A stretch of 64,000 bases of DNA from assembly GCA_041484665.1 (NCBI GenBank), contig JBGPIA010000008.1:64001-128000 (forward strand), read 5' to 3'. Below the pieces are notes generated by a model. That model searched no databases. It saw nothing but the letters and a program-made list of their open reading frames with translations, and was not told the DNA's origin. Source of the stretch: Candidatus Krumholzibacteriia bacterium (GTDB lineage Bacteria; Krumholzibacteriota; Krumholzibacteriia; JAJRXK01). How positions within the stretch are numbered: the first letter of the stretch is position 1; each line of letters starts with the position of its first letter. Shown one piece after another: positions 18,172 through 26,698 of the stretch. A program made the position numbers and the translations under genes.

Positions 18172-20433
18172 ATGCCAGGGTTGCACGAGGACGACTCGGC
18201 GGATACCCTCGCGCCGCACGGCCGCGCCCCAGCGGGAGGACCCAGCGGGAGGATCGAGCGGCAGACGATGGTGCGCAGCGCTCCACTTCGATGCGCGCGA
18301 CCGCGGGCGAGCGAGTCCGCGGCCACCGTGACCGTGTGGGCGGCCGGCGCCTGCACCGCGCTGCTCGCATGCGCCACGCTGCATGGCTGCGCTCCCACCG
18401 ATCCCGAGGTGCAGCTCCACGACATCCGCCGCTGGGAGGACGCCCGTACCCTGCCGGCGGACAGCCTGGCCATCTTGCTGCGCCGCGCCAATCCGATGAT
18501 CCGCTCCGCGGCCGCGCGCGCCATCGGGCGCATCGGTGACCCGCGCGGCGTGGAGGCGCTGGCGCAGGCCCTGGGGGACGATCCGCGCGCGGTGGTCCGC
18601 GCCGAGGCCGCTTTCGCCCTGGGAATCCTCGGCGCGCCGGAGGCCACGCCCGCGCTGGTGCGGGCCGCCACCGGCGAGCCCGAGGCGCGCACCCTGGGCG
18701 AGATCGCGCTCGCCCTGGGCCGGTTGCAGCAGCCCGGCACGACCGAGGTGTTGACGCACCTGCTGCAGAGCGGGCACCCGTTCGTGCGCGAGCAGGCGGC
18801 GGAAGCCCTCGCCCTGGTCGCCGACACCACCTCGGTCGGCGGGTTGCTGGCCGCGACGCAGGACTCCTTCGAGAGCGTCGCGTGGCGCGCGGTGTACGCG
18901 CTGGAGAAGGTGCCCACGCCGGCATCGATCCCGCGGCTGACGGCGATGGCCGACGCGCCCTCGCCACTGATCCGCGCCTATGTCGCGCGCACGCTCGGGC
19001 GCATCGCAGACGAGCGCGGCGCCCCGGTGGCCGCCCACATCCTCGAGCGCGCGCGCAGCGACTGGCACGTGCGGGCGAATGCAGCCCTCGCGCTGGGGCG
19101 CATCGGCGGTGAGCGCGCCATCCGGGCGCTGCAATCGGCGCTGGGCGACAGCATCTTCCATGTGCGGGCAGCGGCGCTGGCGGGGCTGGAGCAGGCGTCG
19201 TCGAAAGCGGCGGCCCCGCGCGTCACGGCCGCGACGGCCGGCGCGGCCGCCGCTGCGGGGGCAGCAGGCGCGGCCGCTGCGAGCGCCGCGCCCATCCCGG
19301 CGGCCCTCGCCGCCGCCATCGCGGGGGCGGCGGCGGCCGTCGAGCGGGCGTGCGCCGACTCGGTGGTCGACGTGCGCGCGGCCGCCTACTCGGCGCTGGC
19401 GGAGTGCGAGCATGCCGGTGCCTACTCCTGGCTGTTGCGCGGAATCGGGGATCCCGCGCCGCACGTGGCTGCGATCTGCATGGAGGCCCTGGGCCGTTGC
19501 GGCGATCCGCGCGCGCGGACGGTGCTGAGTGCCGCCCTCGCCGACACGACGCTGCCTCGCCAGCGCGTGGCGGCGGCGAGCGGGCTGGGTCACACGGGCG
19601 ATGGCGAGGCGGCGGGCCCTGCCCTGCGGGCGTGCGTCGATGCCCGCGACTGGGTGCTGGCCGCGACCGCGATCGAGGCGCTCGGGCTGCTGGGTGACAA
19701 GCAATGCGTCCCGCAGCTATTGCGCGCGTTCGCAGAGCGGCAGGGCACGGGCCGCCTGGACGTTCGCTGGCAGGTGGTGCAGACGCTGGAAGCGCTCAAG
19801 GACCCCGCCGCGGTCCCCCTGCTGCGCTCGGCCCTCGACGACGACGACGTGCGGGTGCGCGTGGTGGCGCGCAAGGCGCTGGCCGCGATCCTGCCCGAGG
19901 TGGAGGCCGCGGGGCTGCCAACCGAGCAGAAGCTGCGCCGCGACGTGCGCCCCGCGCGCCGCTCACCGTCGCAGCCGGCGCTGGTCATCCACACGCGCGC
20001 GCGGCAGCTCGTGCTCGAGACAGCGCGGGGCCGCATCAGGATCGAGCTGTTGCCCGAGGAGGCGCCCCAGACCGTGGAGAGCTTCGCGCGGCTGGCCGAG
20101 CGCGGCTTTTTCAACGGCCGCACGTTCCACCGGGTCGTGCCCAACTTCGTGATCCAGGGGGGCGACCCGCTGGGCAACGGCTGGGGGGACGCCGGCTACA
20201 GCCTTCGCTGCGAGTGGAGCCCGCAGCGCTACGATGCGGGTACGGTGGGAGTCGCCCATTCGGGCAAGGACACGGGTGGCTGCCAGCTCTTCATCACCCA
20301 CTCGCCGCAGCCCCACCTCGACGCGCGCTACACCGTAATCGGCCGCGTGGTCGAGGGTATGCGCGTGGTCGACGCTGTCCGCATCGGCGATCGCTTCACC
20401 GCGAGCGTCGTGTGGGAGGACGCAACGCCCTGA
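18172..20433 (+). CDS. HEAT-repeat lipoprotein with C-terminal cyclophilin-type peptidyl-prolyl isomerase domain
   Basis: Lipobox-like LHGC; many VRxxAAxALG HEAT repeats; APQTVESF, FHRVVPNFVIQGGDP, DTGGCQLFITH, HLDARYTVIG. Start uncertain (18172 or 18268). Confidence 0.9.
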   Translation: MPGLHEDDSADTLAPHGRAPAGGPSGRIERQTMVRSAPLRCARPRASESAATVTVWAAGACTALLACATLHGCAPTDPEVQLHDIRRWEDARTLPADSLAILLRRANPMIRSAAARAIGRIGDPRGVEALAQALGDDPRAVVRAEAAFALGILGAPEATPALVRAATGEPEARTLGEIALALGRLQQPGTTEVLTHLLQSGHPFVREQAAEALALVADTTSVGGLLAATQDSFESVAWRAVYALEKVPTPASIPRLTAMADAPSPLIRAYVARTLGRIADERGAPVAAHILERARSDWHVRANAALALGRIGGERAIRALQSALGDSIFHVRAAALAGLEQASSKAAAPRVTAATAGAAAAAGAAGAAAASAAPIPAALAAAIAGAAAAVERACADSVVDVRAAAYSALAECEHAGAYSWLLRGIGDPAPHVAAICMEALGRCGDPRARTVLSAALADTTLPRQRVAAASGLGHTGDGEAAGPALRACVDARDWVLAATAIEALGLLGDKQCVPQLLRAFAERQGTGRLDVRWQVVQTLEALKDPAAVPLLRSALDDDDVRVRVVARKALAAILPEVEAAGLPTEQKLRRDVRPARRSPSQPALVIHTRARQLVLETARGRIRIELLPEEAPQTVESFARLAERGFFNGRTFHRVVPNFVIQGGDPLGNGWGDAGYSLRCEWSPQRYDAGTVGVAHSGKDTGGCQLFITHSPQPHLDARYTVIGRVVEGMRVVDAVRIGDRFTASVVWEDATP

Positions 20434-20509
20434 GCGCGTGACGTCGGGACGAGACGGTGTCCAAAGTGTCGCGCTGCCCACAGCGCGACGCGGCCCCACG
20501 CGGCGCCGC

Positions 20510-21751
20510 TCAGCGCATGGACCCGCCGTGACTCTGTCCCTTGTCGGCGGGGCTCGTCAGCGCGCCGGGCGGCGCGGGACGCTCCTGGCCCTGCTTGGCG
20601 ACGTCGGCGCCCGGCGCCCCGGCGTCGGGCGCGCGGGCCAGGACTTGCGTCTGCGGAAAGGCGGCCAAGAGCCCCGCGATGGATGGACGCGGCAGCGCGA
20701 CCCGGTGCGACCCGCGAGGGAGGTAGGATCGCAGAAGCGCAGGGTTGAGGTCGTGCAGCCTGCGGTAGGACAGCCCGGCGGCAGCGGCGAGATCCCGCAG
20801 CGCAAGCCGTTCGCCTTGCACCTTCAGCAGCAGCGTGTCGCAAGGCACCGTGGGCGCTGCCGGCAACAGCGGCGGGAAGTCGTAGGTGGCCGGGTGCTCG
20901 AACAAGAGCTTCACCGCCGCGGCGCGGAACCAGTAGGCCTCGGTCTCGCGGGGCAGCACCATCGAGTAGAAGTCGCGCGTGCCCTGGTCCATCACGGCGT
21001 TGCGGATGCGCTGCTCGCCCGCGTTGTAGCCAGCCAGGGTCAGCGGCCACGATTCGAACTCCCCGTGCAGATCCCGCAGGTAGGCGATGGCAGCGTCGGT
21101 GGCCTTGATCAGGTCCCGCCGCTCGTCCACCGTATCGTCGCGACGCAGCCCGTAGCGGCTGCCGGTCGGCAGCACGAATTGCCAGTAGCCCACCGCCTCC
21201 GCGGGGCTCACCGCGCGCGGATCCAGCGCGCTCTCGATCACCATCACGTACTTGAGATCCTCGGGCAGGCTCGCGGCGCGCAGGCGCTCCTCCACCAGCG
21301 GGAACACCGCCGGCGACCGCTCCATCCAGTTCAGCACCCAGTGGCGATTGGTGAGCAGGCGGTAGAACTCGGCGGTGAAGCGCGCGCGGATGTCGGCCTG
21401 CTCCAGCGGGAGCTCCTCGCCGCAGAAGCGCAGCGATCCGGGCACGGGGTACAGCTGCAGCGGCCGCAGGTAGACCGGCGCTGCCGCGACCGCGTCGGCG
21501 GGGGCGGTCGGGCTGTCGGCGACCGCTGGCGTCAGCAGGGCGACGCGCTGCTCCAGCCGCGCGTTCAGCTCCTCCAGGCGGGTGAGGCGGCGCAGCAACC
21601 CCGCGCGCGAATCATCGCGCCGGGAGCCGGCAGCCACGGCCGAGCCCGTCGGCGAGCCGCCCCACACCCAAGGCTGCAGCCCGGCGAGGCTGTAGCCCAG
21701 TCCGAAGAGCAGGCCGCCCAGCAGGCAGGAGATCCAAAGTTGGCGTCGCAT
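20510..21751 (-). CDS. Lytic transglycosylase (SLT domain, MltD-like)
   Basis: IESAL, AVGYWQF, VDERRD, LAGYNAGE, LPRETEAY, LNPALL; N-terminal hydrophobic anchor. Confidence 0.92.
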   Translation of the reverse strand: MRRQLWISCLLGGLLFGLGYSLAGLQPWVWGGSPTGSAVAAGSRRDDSRAGLLRRLTRLEELNARLEQRVALLTPAVADSPTAPADAVAAAPVYLRPLQLYPVPGSLRFCGEELPLEQADIRARFTAEFYRLLTNRHWVLNWMERSPAVFPLVEERLRAASLPEDLKYVMVIESALDPRAVSPAEAVGYWQFVLPTGSRYGLRRDDTVDERRDLIKATDAAIAYLRDLHGEFESWPLTLAGYNAGEQRIRNAVMDQGTRDFYSMVLPRETEAYWFRAAAVKLLFEHPATYDFPPLLPAAPTVPCDTLLLKVQGERLALRDLAAAAGLSYRRLHDLNPALLRSYLPRGSHRVALPRPSIAGLLAAFPQTQVLARAPDAGAPGADVAKQGQERPAPPGALTSPADKGQSHGGSMR

Positions 21752-22032
21752 CGTGGGCGTTTCCAGCTGGGGCGTGCTCCGTGCATCGGCTTCGCGCCGC
21801 GGCCCGCGGGCCGGCGTCGCGCTGCGACCATCCCATCGAGTATACGCGTCTGGCGCTACAGTTTCGACAGGTGGTCTGCTAAACTGCCGCCCGCGCAGAG
21901 GGCCCGGCCGGCCTCTCCACGTAGGCAGGGGCCGGGCGGCGCGCCACCATCCGCCGCGATCGGCCCTCGACCGCCGCAGCCGACCGCTTCCGCGCTCAAC
22001 AGGGACGCCCTGGGAAGGAGTCGCACGTCGCC

Positions 22033-22641
22033 ATGCGCATGCGGTCGCTTGCCGGAATTGTGATCCTGGTGATCGTGCTGGGGCTGCTGGGCTGCGGCGC
22101 GCTGGGCTGCAGCGCCTACAACCAGCTGGTGGGCCTGGAGGAGCAGGTGAACGCGGCCTGGGGCCAGGTCGACAACGTCTACCAGCGCCGCGCCGATCTC
22201 GTCCCCAACCTGGTCGAGACCGTCAAAGGAGCCGCCAACTTCGAGCGGCAGACGCTGACGGCGGTGATCGAGGCCCGCGCCAAGGCCACCCAGGTGCAGG
22301 CCACCCTCGGCACCGATGTCATCGAGGACCCCCAGGCGTTCGCCCGCTTCCAGAAGGCCCAGGGCGAGCTGGGCGGGGCGCTTTCGCGGCTGCTGGTGAC
22401 CGTCGAGCAGTATCCGGAGCTCAAGGCCAACCAGAACTTCCTCGCGCTGCAGGCGCAGCTGGAGGGCACCGAGAACCGGATCGCCGTCGAGCGTCGCAAC
22501 TACAACGACGTCGCGCGCGGGTTCAACACGCGCATCCGCCAGTTCCCGCAGAATCTCGTGGCGTCGCTGGGCCACATGCAGAAGAAGCAGTATTTCGAGG
22601 CGCAGCAGGGAGCCGAGCAGGCGCCCAAGGTCCAGTTCTGA
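22033..22641 (+). CDS. lemA: LemA family protein
   Basis: YQRRADLVPNLVETVKG, YPELKANQNF, LEGTENRI, APKVQF. Confidence 0.97.
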   Translation: MRMRSLAGIVILVIVLGLLGCGALGCSAYNQLVGLEEQVNAAWGQVDNVYQRRADLVPNLVETVKGAANFERQTLTAVIEARAKATQVQATLGTDVIEDPQAFARFQKAQGELGGALSRLLVTVEQYPELKANQNFLALQAQLEGTENRIAVERRNYNDVARGFNTRIRQFPQNLVASLGHMQKKQYFEAQQGAEQAPKVQF

Positions 22642-23558
22642 TGCGTCGCGTGGCCGGGCGGGTTGCCGTGGCCGCGGTGGCCGCAGCCGCGCTTGCCCTT
22701 CCCGCGTCCGCCAGCGCGCCGCCGCGCGCCGCCAGCGCGGCGCCTCCCACCGCCGGCGCACCGCCGGCCGCTGCCAGCGCAGGGCCCGCCTCCGCCGGCG
22801 GTTCGGCCACGGACGCTGGCACTTCGGCCGAGAACGCGCGGCGCGCGCTTCCACCGGCTCCATCCGACTTCGTCTACGACGAAGCGGGCTGGCTCTCGGC
22901 CGGCGAGCGGCGCACGTTGGTGCAGCAGCTGCTCGAGTACGAGCGCGCCTCCAGCAACCAGATCATCGTCGCCATCTTCCGCTCGCTGCGGGGCGCCGAG
23001 CTCGCGGACTTCAGCAACCGGGTCGCCAACGCCTGGGGCATCGGGCGCAAGGAGCACGACAACGGCATCCTGCTGGCGATCTATGCCGACGAGCGCAAGA
23101 TCGACATCGAGGTGGGCTACGGTCTGGAGGGCAAGGTCACCGACCTCACCAGCGACCTCATCATCCGCGAGCGCATCGGGCCCGCGTTCCGCGAGGGCCG
23201 TTACTACGACGGCATCCGCTCCGCCGTCGATGCCCTCATCGCCGCCAGCCACGGCGAGTTCACGGGGACCGGGCGTGCGCGCGCCGATCGGCAGCGCGGG
23301 GGCAACCCGGCGTGGCTGTTCTGGGCCGTGTTCCTGGTGCTGATGGTGCTGGGGTCGGTGGGCCGGCGGCGCAGTCTGCTCGGACCGTTGATCCTGGGCA
23401 GCGCGATGTCGCGCCGGGGTGGTCGTTGGGGCGGCGGGTCCGCGTGGGGAGGCTTCGGCGGCTTCGGCGGGGGCTTGGGCGGCGGGGGCGGCTCCGGGGG
23501 CACCTTCAGCGGCGGTGGCGGGAGCTTCGGCGGTGGCGGCGCGCGGGGCGGATGGTGA
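22641..23558 (+). CDS. TPM-domain (YgcG-like) membrane protein with Gly-rich C-terminus
   Basis: VYDEAGWL, WGIGRKEHDNGILL, IEVGYGLEG, GGGGSFGGGGARGGW. ATG overlaps the lemA stop. Confidence 0.93.
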   Translation: MRRVAGRVAVAAVAAAALALPASASAPPRAASAAPPTAGAPPAAASAGPASAGGSATDAGTSAENARRALPPAPSDFVYDEAGWLSAGERRTLVQQLLEYERASSNQIIVAIFRSLRGAELADFSNRVANAWGIGRKEHDNGILLAIYADERKIDIEVGYGLEGKVTDLTSDLIIRERIGPAFREGRYYDGIRSAVDALIAASHGEFTGTGRARADRQRGGNPAWLFWAVFLVLMVLGSVGRRRSLLGPLILGSAMSRRGGRWGGGSAWGGFGGFGGGLGGGGGSGGTFSGGGGSFGGGGARGGW

Positions 23559-23562
23559 CGCC

Positions 23563-24129
23563 ATGGCGGGCAGGCGCAGCACGCGCCCGCGCGACTTCCT
23601 GGCAACACAGGAGGCGCGGCGGGTCGTGCAGGCCATCGAACGGGCGGAGCACCACACCAGCGGGGAGCTCCGCGTGCAACTGGAGCACCGCTGCGCGGGC
23701 GGCGACCCCTACGCTCGGGCGCGCATCGTGTTCGAGCGGCTCGGACTCACCGACACCACCGCGCGCAACGGCGTGCTGATCTACCTCGCCACCCGCGACC
23801 GCGTGTTCGCGGTGCTGGGCGACGCCGGCATCCACGAGCGCGTGCCGGCCGGCTTCTGGGACGGGATCGTGGCCGGCCTGGCTGCGCGCTTCCGCGAGGA
23901 TGCGTTCGCCGAAGGACTGATTTGGGGCATCGGCGAGATCGGGGAGCAGCTCGCTCGCTACTTCCCGTACGCGGGTGAAGGCCTTGACCAGAACGAGCTG
24001 CCCGACGAGATCAGCCTGGGCGATGCGCCACTGTGGCCGCGGGAGCCGTCAGCGGCGTCACCGCCGCCGCGGGACGAGCCCGCCGATTCCGGCGCGCCCG
24101 ACGAGACCCAACCGCAGCCCCGGCCGTAG
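23563..24129 (+). CDS. Short TPM-domain protein
   Basis: AIERAEHHTSGELRV, RNGVLIY, GDAGIH, NELPDEIS; third gene of the lemA-TPM-TPM cluster. Confidence 0.9.
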   Translation: MAGRRSTRPRDFLATQEARRVVQAIERAEHHTSGELRVQLEHRCAGGDPYARARIVFERLGLTDTTARNGVLIYLATRDRVFAVLGDAGIHERVPAGFWDGIVAGLAARFREDAFAEGLIWGIGEIGEQLARYFPYAGEGLDQNELPDEISLGDAPLWPREPSAASPPPRDEPADSGAPDETQPQPRP

Positions 24130-24238
24130 CGGCGCGGCCGGCCGCCCACCCGCCAGCTCTGCGCGCGCCCCTCCCCCGGCGGCCGCCCGTCCCCTGGCGT
24201 CGTCCGTCCCCTACCGTTCGCTTGGCCCAGCCGTCCGA

Positions 24239-25582
24239 TCAGTCCGCCGTTCGCAGCAGCTTGACGATCTGTGGCCAGGTCGGCGCTTTGCCGAACGACA
24301 GGATCCCCAGCCGGAAGATCTTCGCGGCGGCCCTCACCATCAGCAGCACGCTGACGCCCAGCAGCACGATGCTCGCGAGGATCTGCCACAGCGGCGGCTT
24401 GCCCAAGGCGATGCGGATGAACATCAGGATGGGCGTGAAGAAGGGGATCAGCGAGAGCACCACGTTGTGTGTCGCGTCGGGATCCTGCATGACGACCTGC
24501 AGCAGCGCGATGGGGATCACCACGAAGATCGTGATGGGCCACACCAGCTGCTGGGACTCCTGGATGGTGTTGCACATGGCGCCCACGGCGGCGTAGAGCG
24601 ACGAGTACAGCACGAAGCCCATCACGTAGAACAACGTGAAGAAGATCCACAGCGAGGGCGTGAGGAAGGAGAGGTCGATGTTGGCGGGCAGGAAGCGCCC
24701 GGCCTGCCCCGCCATCCCCAGGGCGCACGTGCCCCAGATGGCGAACTGCGTCAGACCGACCAGGCCATTGCCCACCAGCTTGCCCATCATGAGCTGCGCG
24801 GGCGTCACGCTGCCCAGCATGACCTCGACCACGCGGCTGGTCTTCTCCTCGACCACCGCTTGCATCGAGGTCTGCCCGTACATGAGGATCATCATGTACA
24901 GCATCATGATCATGACCAGCGCAGCGATCAGCCGCCCCTCCATCGCGCCGCCGGCCTTTCCGCCCTCGCCGACCTGCAGGGTCTTGAGCTCCGCACCACG
25001 CGTGATCCGCATCAGCAGACTCTCGTCCAGCCCCGCCTCCTTGAGGCGCTCCCGCGCCAGCACCTTGTCCAGGGCGCCCTCCAGCCGGTCGGCCCACACC
25101 ACGCTGCTGAGGTTCTCGCCGTAGTACATCGCCTTGCCGGTCTGCACGAAGTCCGGCGGGAGCACCAGGTAGCCGTCGAGCTCTCCGCGCTTGACCTGCG
25201 GATTGAGCTCCGCGCGGGCGGCCTCCAGGTCGGTGCCCGGTCCGCCGTAGAGGGACAGCACGACCTTGTTGCGTGTCGCCGCAGTCCGGCCGCCCGTGCC
25301 GCCAGGCGCGGCGGAGGGCTCTTGCGCCGCGGTGGTGTCCGCCCCGCGGCCGTGCTTGCGGACGTGCTCGAGCTCCTGCCGCAGCATGGTGACCGCGTCG
25401 GCACCGGACTGGTCGACGACGGCGACCTTCCGCTCGCCGACGCCCGATTTCTCCGCCAAGAGCGCCGGGCCGATCATCAGCGCGGCCATCCCCAGGGGAC
25501 CCAGGATCGTCCCGAGCATGAACGCCCGGCTGCGCACCCGCTCGAGGTACTCCTTGCGGACGACCAGCAGCAGCTTACGCAC
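24239..25582 (-). CDS. ABC-2 type transporter permease (NatB/YhaP-like)
   Basis: KEYLERVRSRAF, VVEEKTSRVVEVML, LMMGK, SLIPFFTP; multiple TM helices. Confidence 0.92.
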   Translation of the reverse strand: MRKLLLVVRKEYLERVRSRAFMLGTILGPLGMAALMIGPALLAEKSGVGERKVAVVDQSGADAVTMLRQELEHVRKHGRGADTTAAQEPSAAPGGTGGRTAATRNKVVLSLYGGPGTDLEAARAELNPQVKRGELDGYLVLPPDFVQTGKAMYYGENLSSVVWADRLEGALDKVLARERLKEAGLDESLLMRITRGAELKTLQVGEGGKAGGAMEGRLIAALVMIMMLYMMILMYGQTSMQAVVEEKTSRVVEVMLGSVTPAQLMMGKLVGNGLVGLTQFAIWGTCALGMAGQAGRFLPANIDLSFLTPSLWIFFTLFYVMGFVLYSSLYAAVGAMCNTIQESQQLVWPITIFVVIPIALLQVVMQDPDATHNVVLSLIPFFTPILMFIRIALGKPPLWQILASIVLLGVSVLLMVRAAAKIFRLGILSFGKAPTWPQIVKLLRTAD

Positions 25583-26528
25583 GTCCTTCCTCCTTCAGTT
25601 GGGGCAGCGCGCCTGCCGGCAGGGCGGGCCCGGCTCCCTCCACCTCGCGGATGAAGATCTCATTCAGCGTGGGCCGCACCGCCGAGAAGCGGTCCACGCG
25701 GCCGGCCGCGATCAGCCCGGCGAGCAGGCGCTGGTGGTCGGCGCCGGGGCGCAGCCCGATGCGGATCTCGTTGCCCACGCGGGCGGCGGCGGCCACCTGC
25801 GGCAGGCGCTCGATGGTCTCCAGCGGTGCGTCGCAAACGGCGGTGATGCTGTCCACGGGATAGGCGTTCAGGATCTCGTCCAGACGGCCGTCGAGCACCT
25901 TGCGGCCGCGGTGGATGAGGAAGATGTGGTCGCACAGCTGCTCGGCCTGCTCCATCATGTGCGTGGAGAACAGTACCGTGCGTCCGGCGCGCTGGTACTC
26001 CATGATCGTCTCGCGCATCGCCTTGACGTTGATGGGGTCCAGCCCGCTGAACGGCTCGTCCAGCACCAGCATGTCCGGCTCGGCGAGCACGGTGCCGATG
26101 AACTGCACCTTCTGCTGCATCCCCTTGCTCAGCTCGTCCACCTTGGCCTCGGCGCGATCGGCGAGCCCCATGCGCTCGAGCCATTCGTCGGCCTTGCGCC
26201 GCGCGGTGGCCCGGTCCATGCCCTTGAGTTGACCCAGATAGACGATGTGGTCCCGGATCTTCATCCTCCGATAGAGGCCGCGCTCCTCGGGCAGGTACCC
26301 GACGCGGTCGATGGCGGAGCGGTCGACCGGCGCTCCGTGCAGCCGGATCGTCCCGGCGTCGGGAACGTAGATGTTCATGATCATGCGGATCGTGGTCGTC
26401 TTCCCCGCGCCGTTGGGCCCGAGGAACCCGTAGATCGAGCCGGCGGGCACGGTCAGGTCGAGACCCTCGACGGCCACGAAGTCGCCGTAGGTCTTGCGCA
26501 CGCCTTCCAGCTCAAGAATGGGTTGCAC
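25575..26528 (-). CDS. ABC transporter ATP-binding protein (NatA/YhaQ-like)
   Basis: GPNGAGKTT, LSKGMQQK, LDEPFSGLDP, STH. GTG 26528 follows GAGAGGA. Confidence 0.95.
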   Translation of the reverse strand: MQPILELEGVRKTYGDFVAVEGLDLTVPAGSIYGFLGPNGAGKTTTIRMIMNIYVPDAGTIRLHGAPVDRSAIDRVGYLPEERGLYRRMKIRDHIVYLGQLKGMDRATARRKADEWLERMGLADRAEAKVDELSKGMQQKVQFIGTVLAEPDMLVLDEPFSGLDPINVKAMRETIMEYQRAGRTVLFSTHMMEQAEQLCDHIFLIHRGRKVLDGRLDEILNAYPVDSITAVCDAPLETIERLPQVAAAARVGNEIRIGLRPGADHQRLLAGLIAAGRVDRFSAVRPTLNEIFIREVEGAGPALPAGALPQLKEEGRA

Positions 26529-26698
26529 GGCGTGGTCCTCTCTCGGTGAATCGGGCCGCACGGTCCGGTCGTGCGGCCGATCGGGTTTGCGTGACTTCAA
26601 TCAGCGTCCTGCGGGCAGACAGCGCCGTACGTACGCAGCACCGCGCCCGCCGGATACGGCTCCGCCCAGGCGCGCCCGGTCGGGTGCGCGCGCCCCGC

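Noticed and set aside
22033..24129. lemA-TPM-TPM cluster as a novel system
   Set aside because: Widespread, previously noted gene cluster with nothing unusual here
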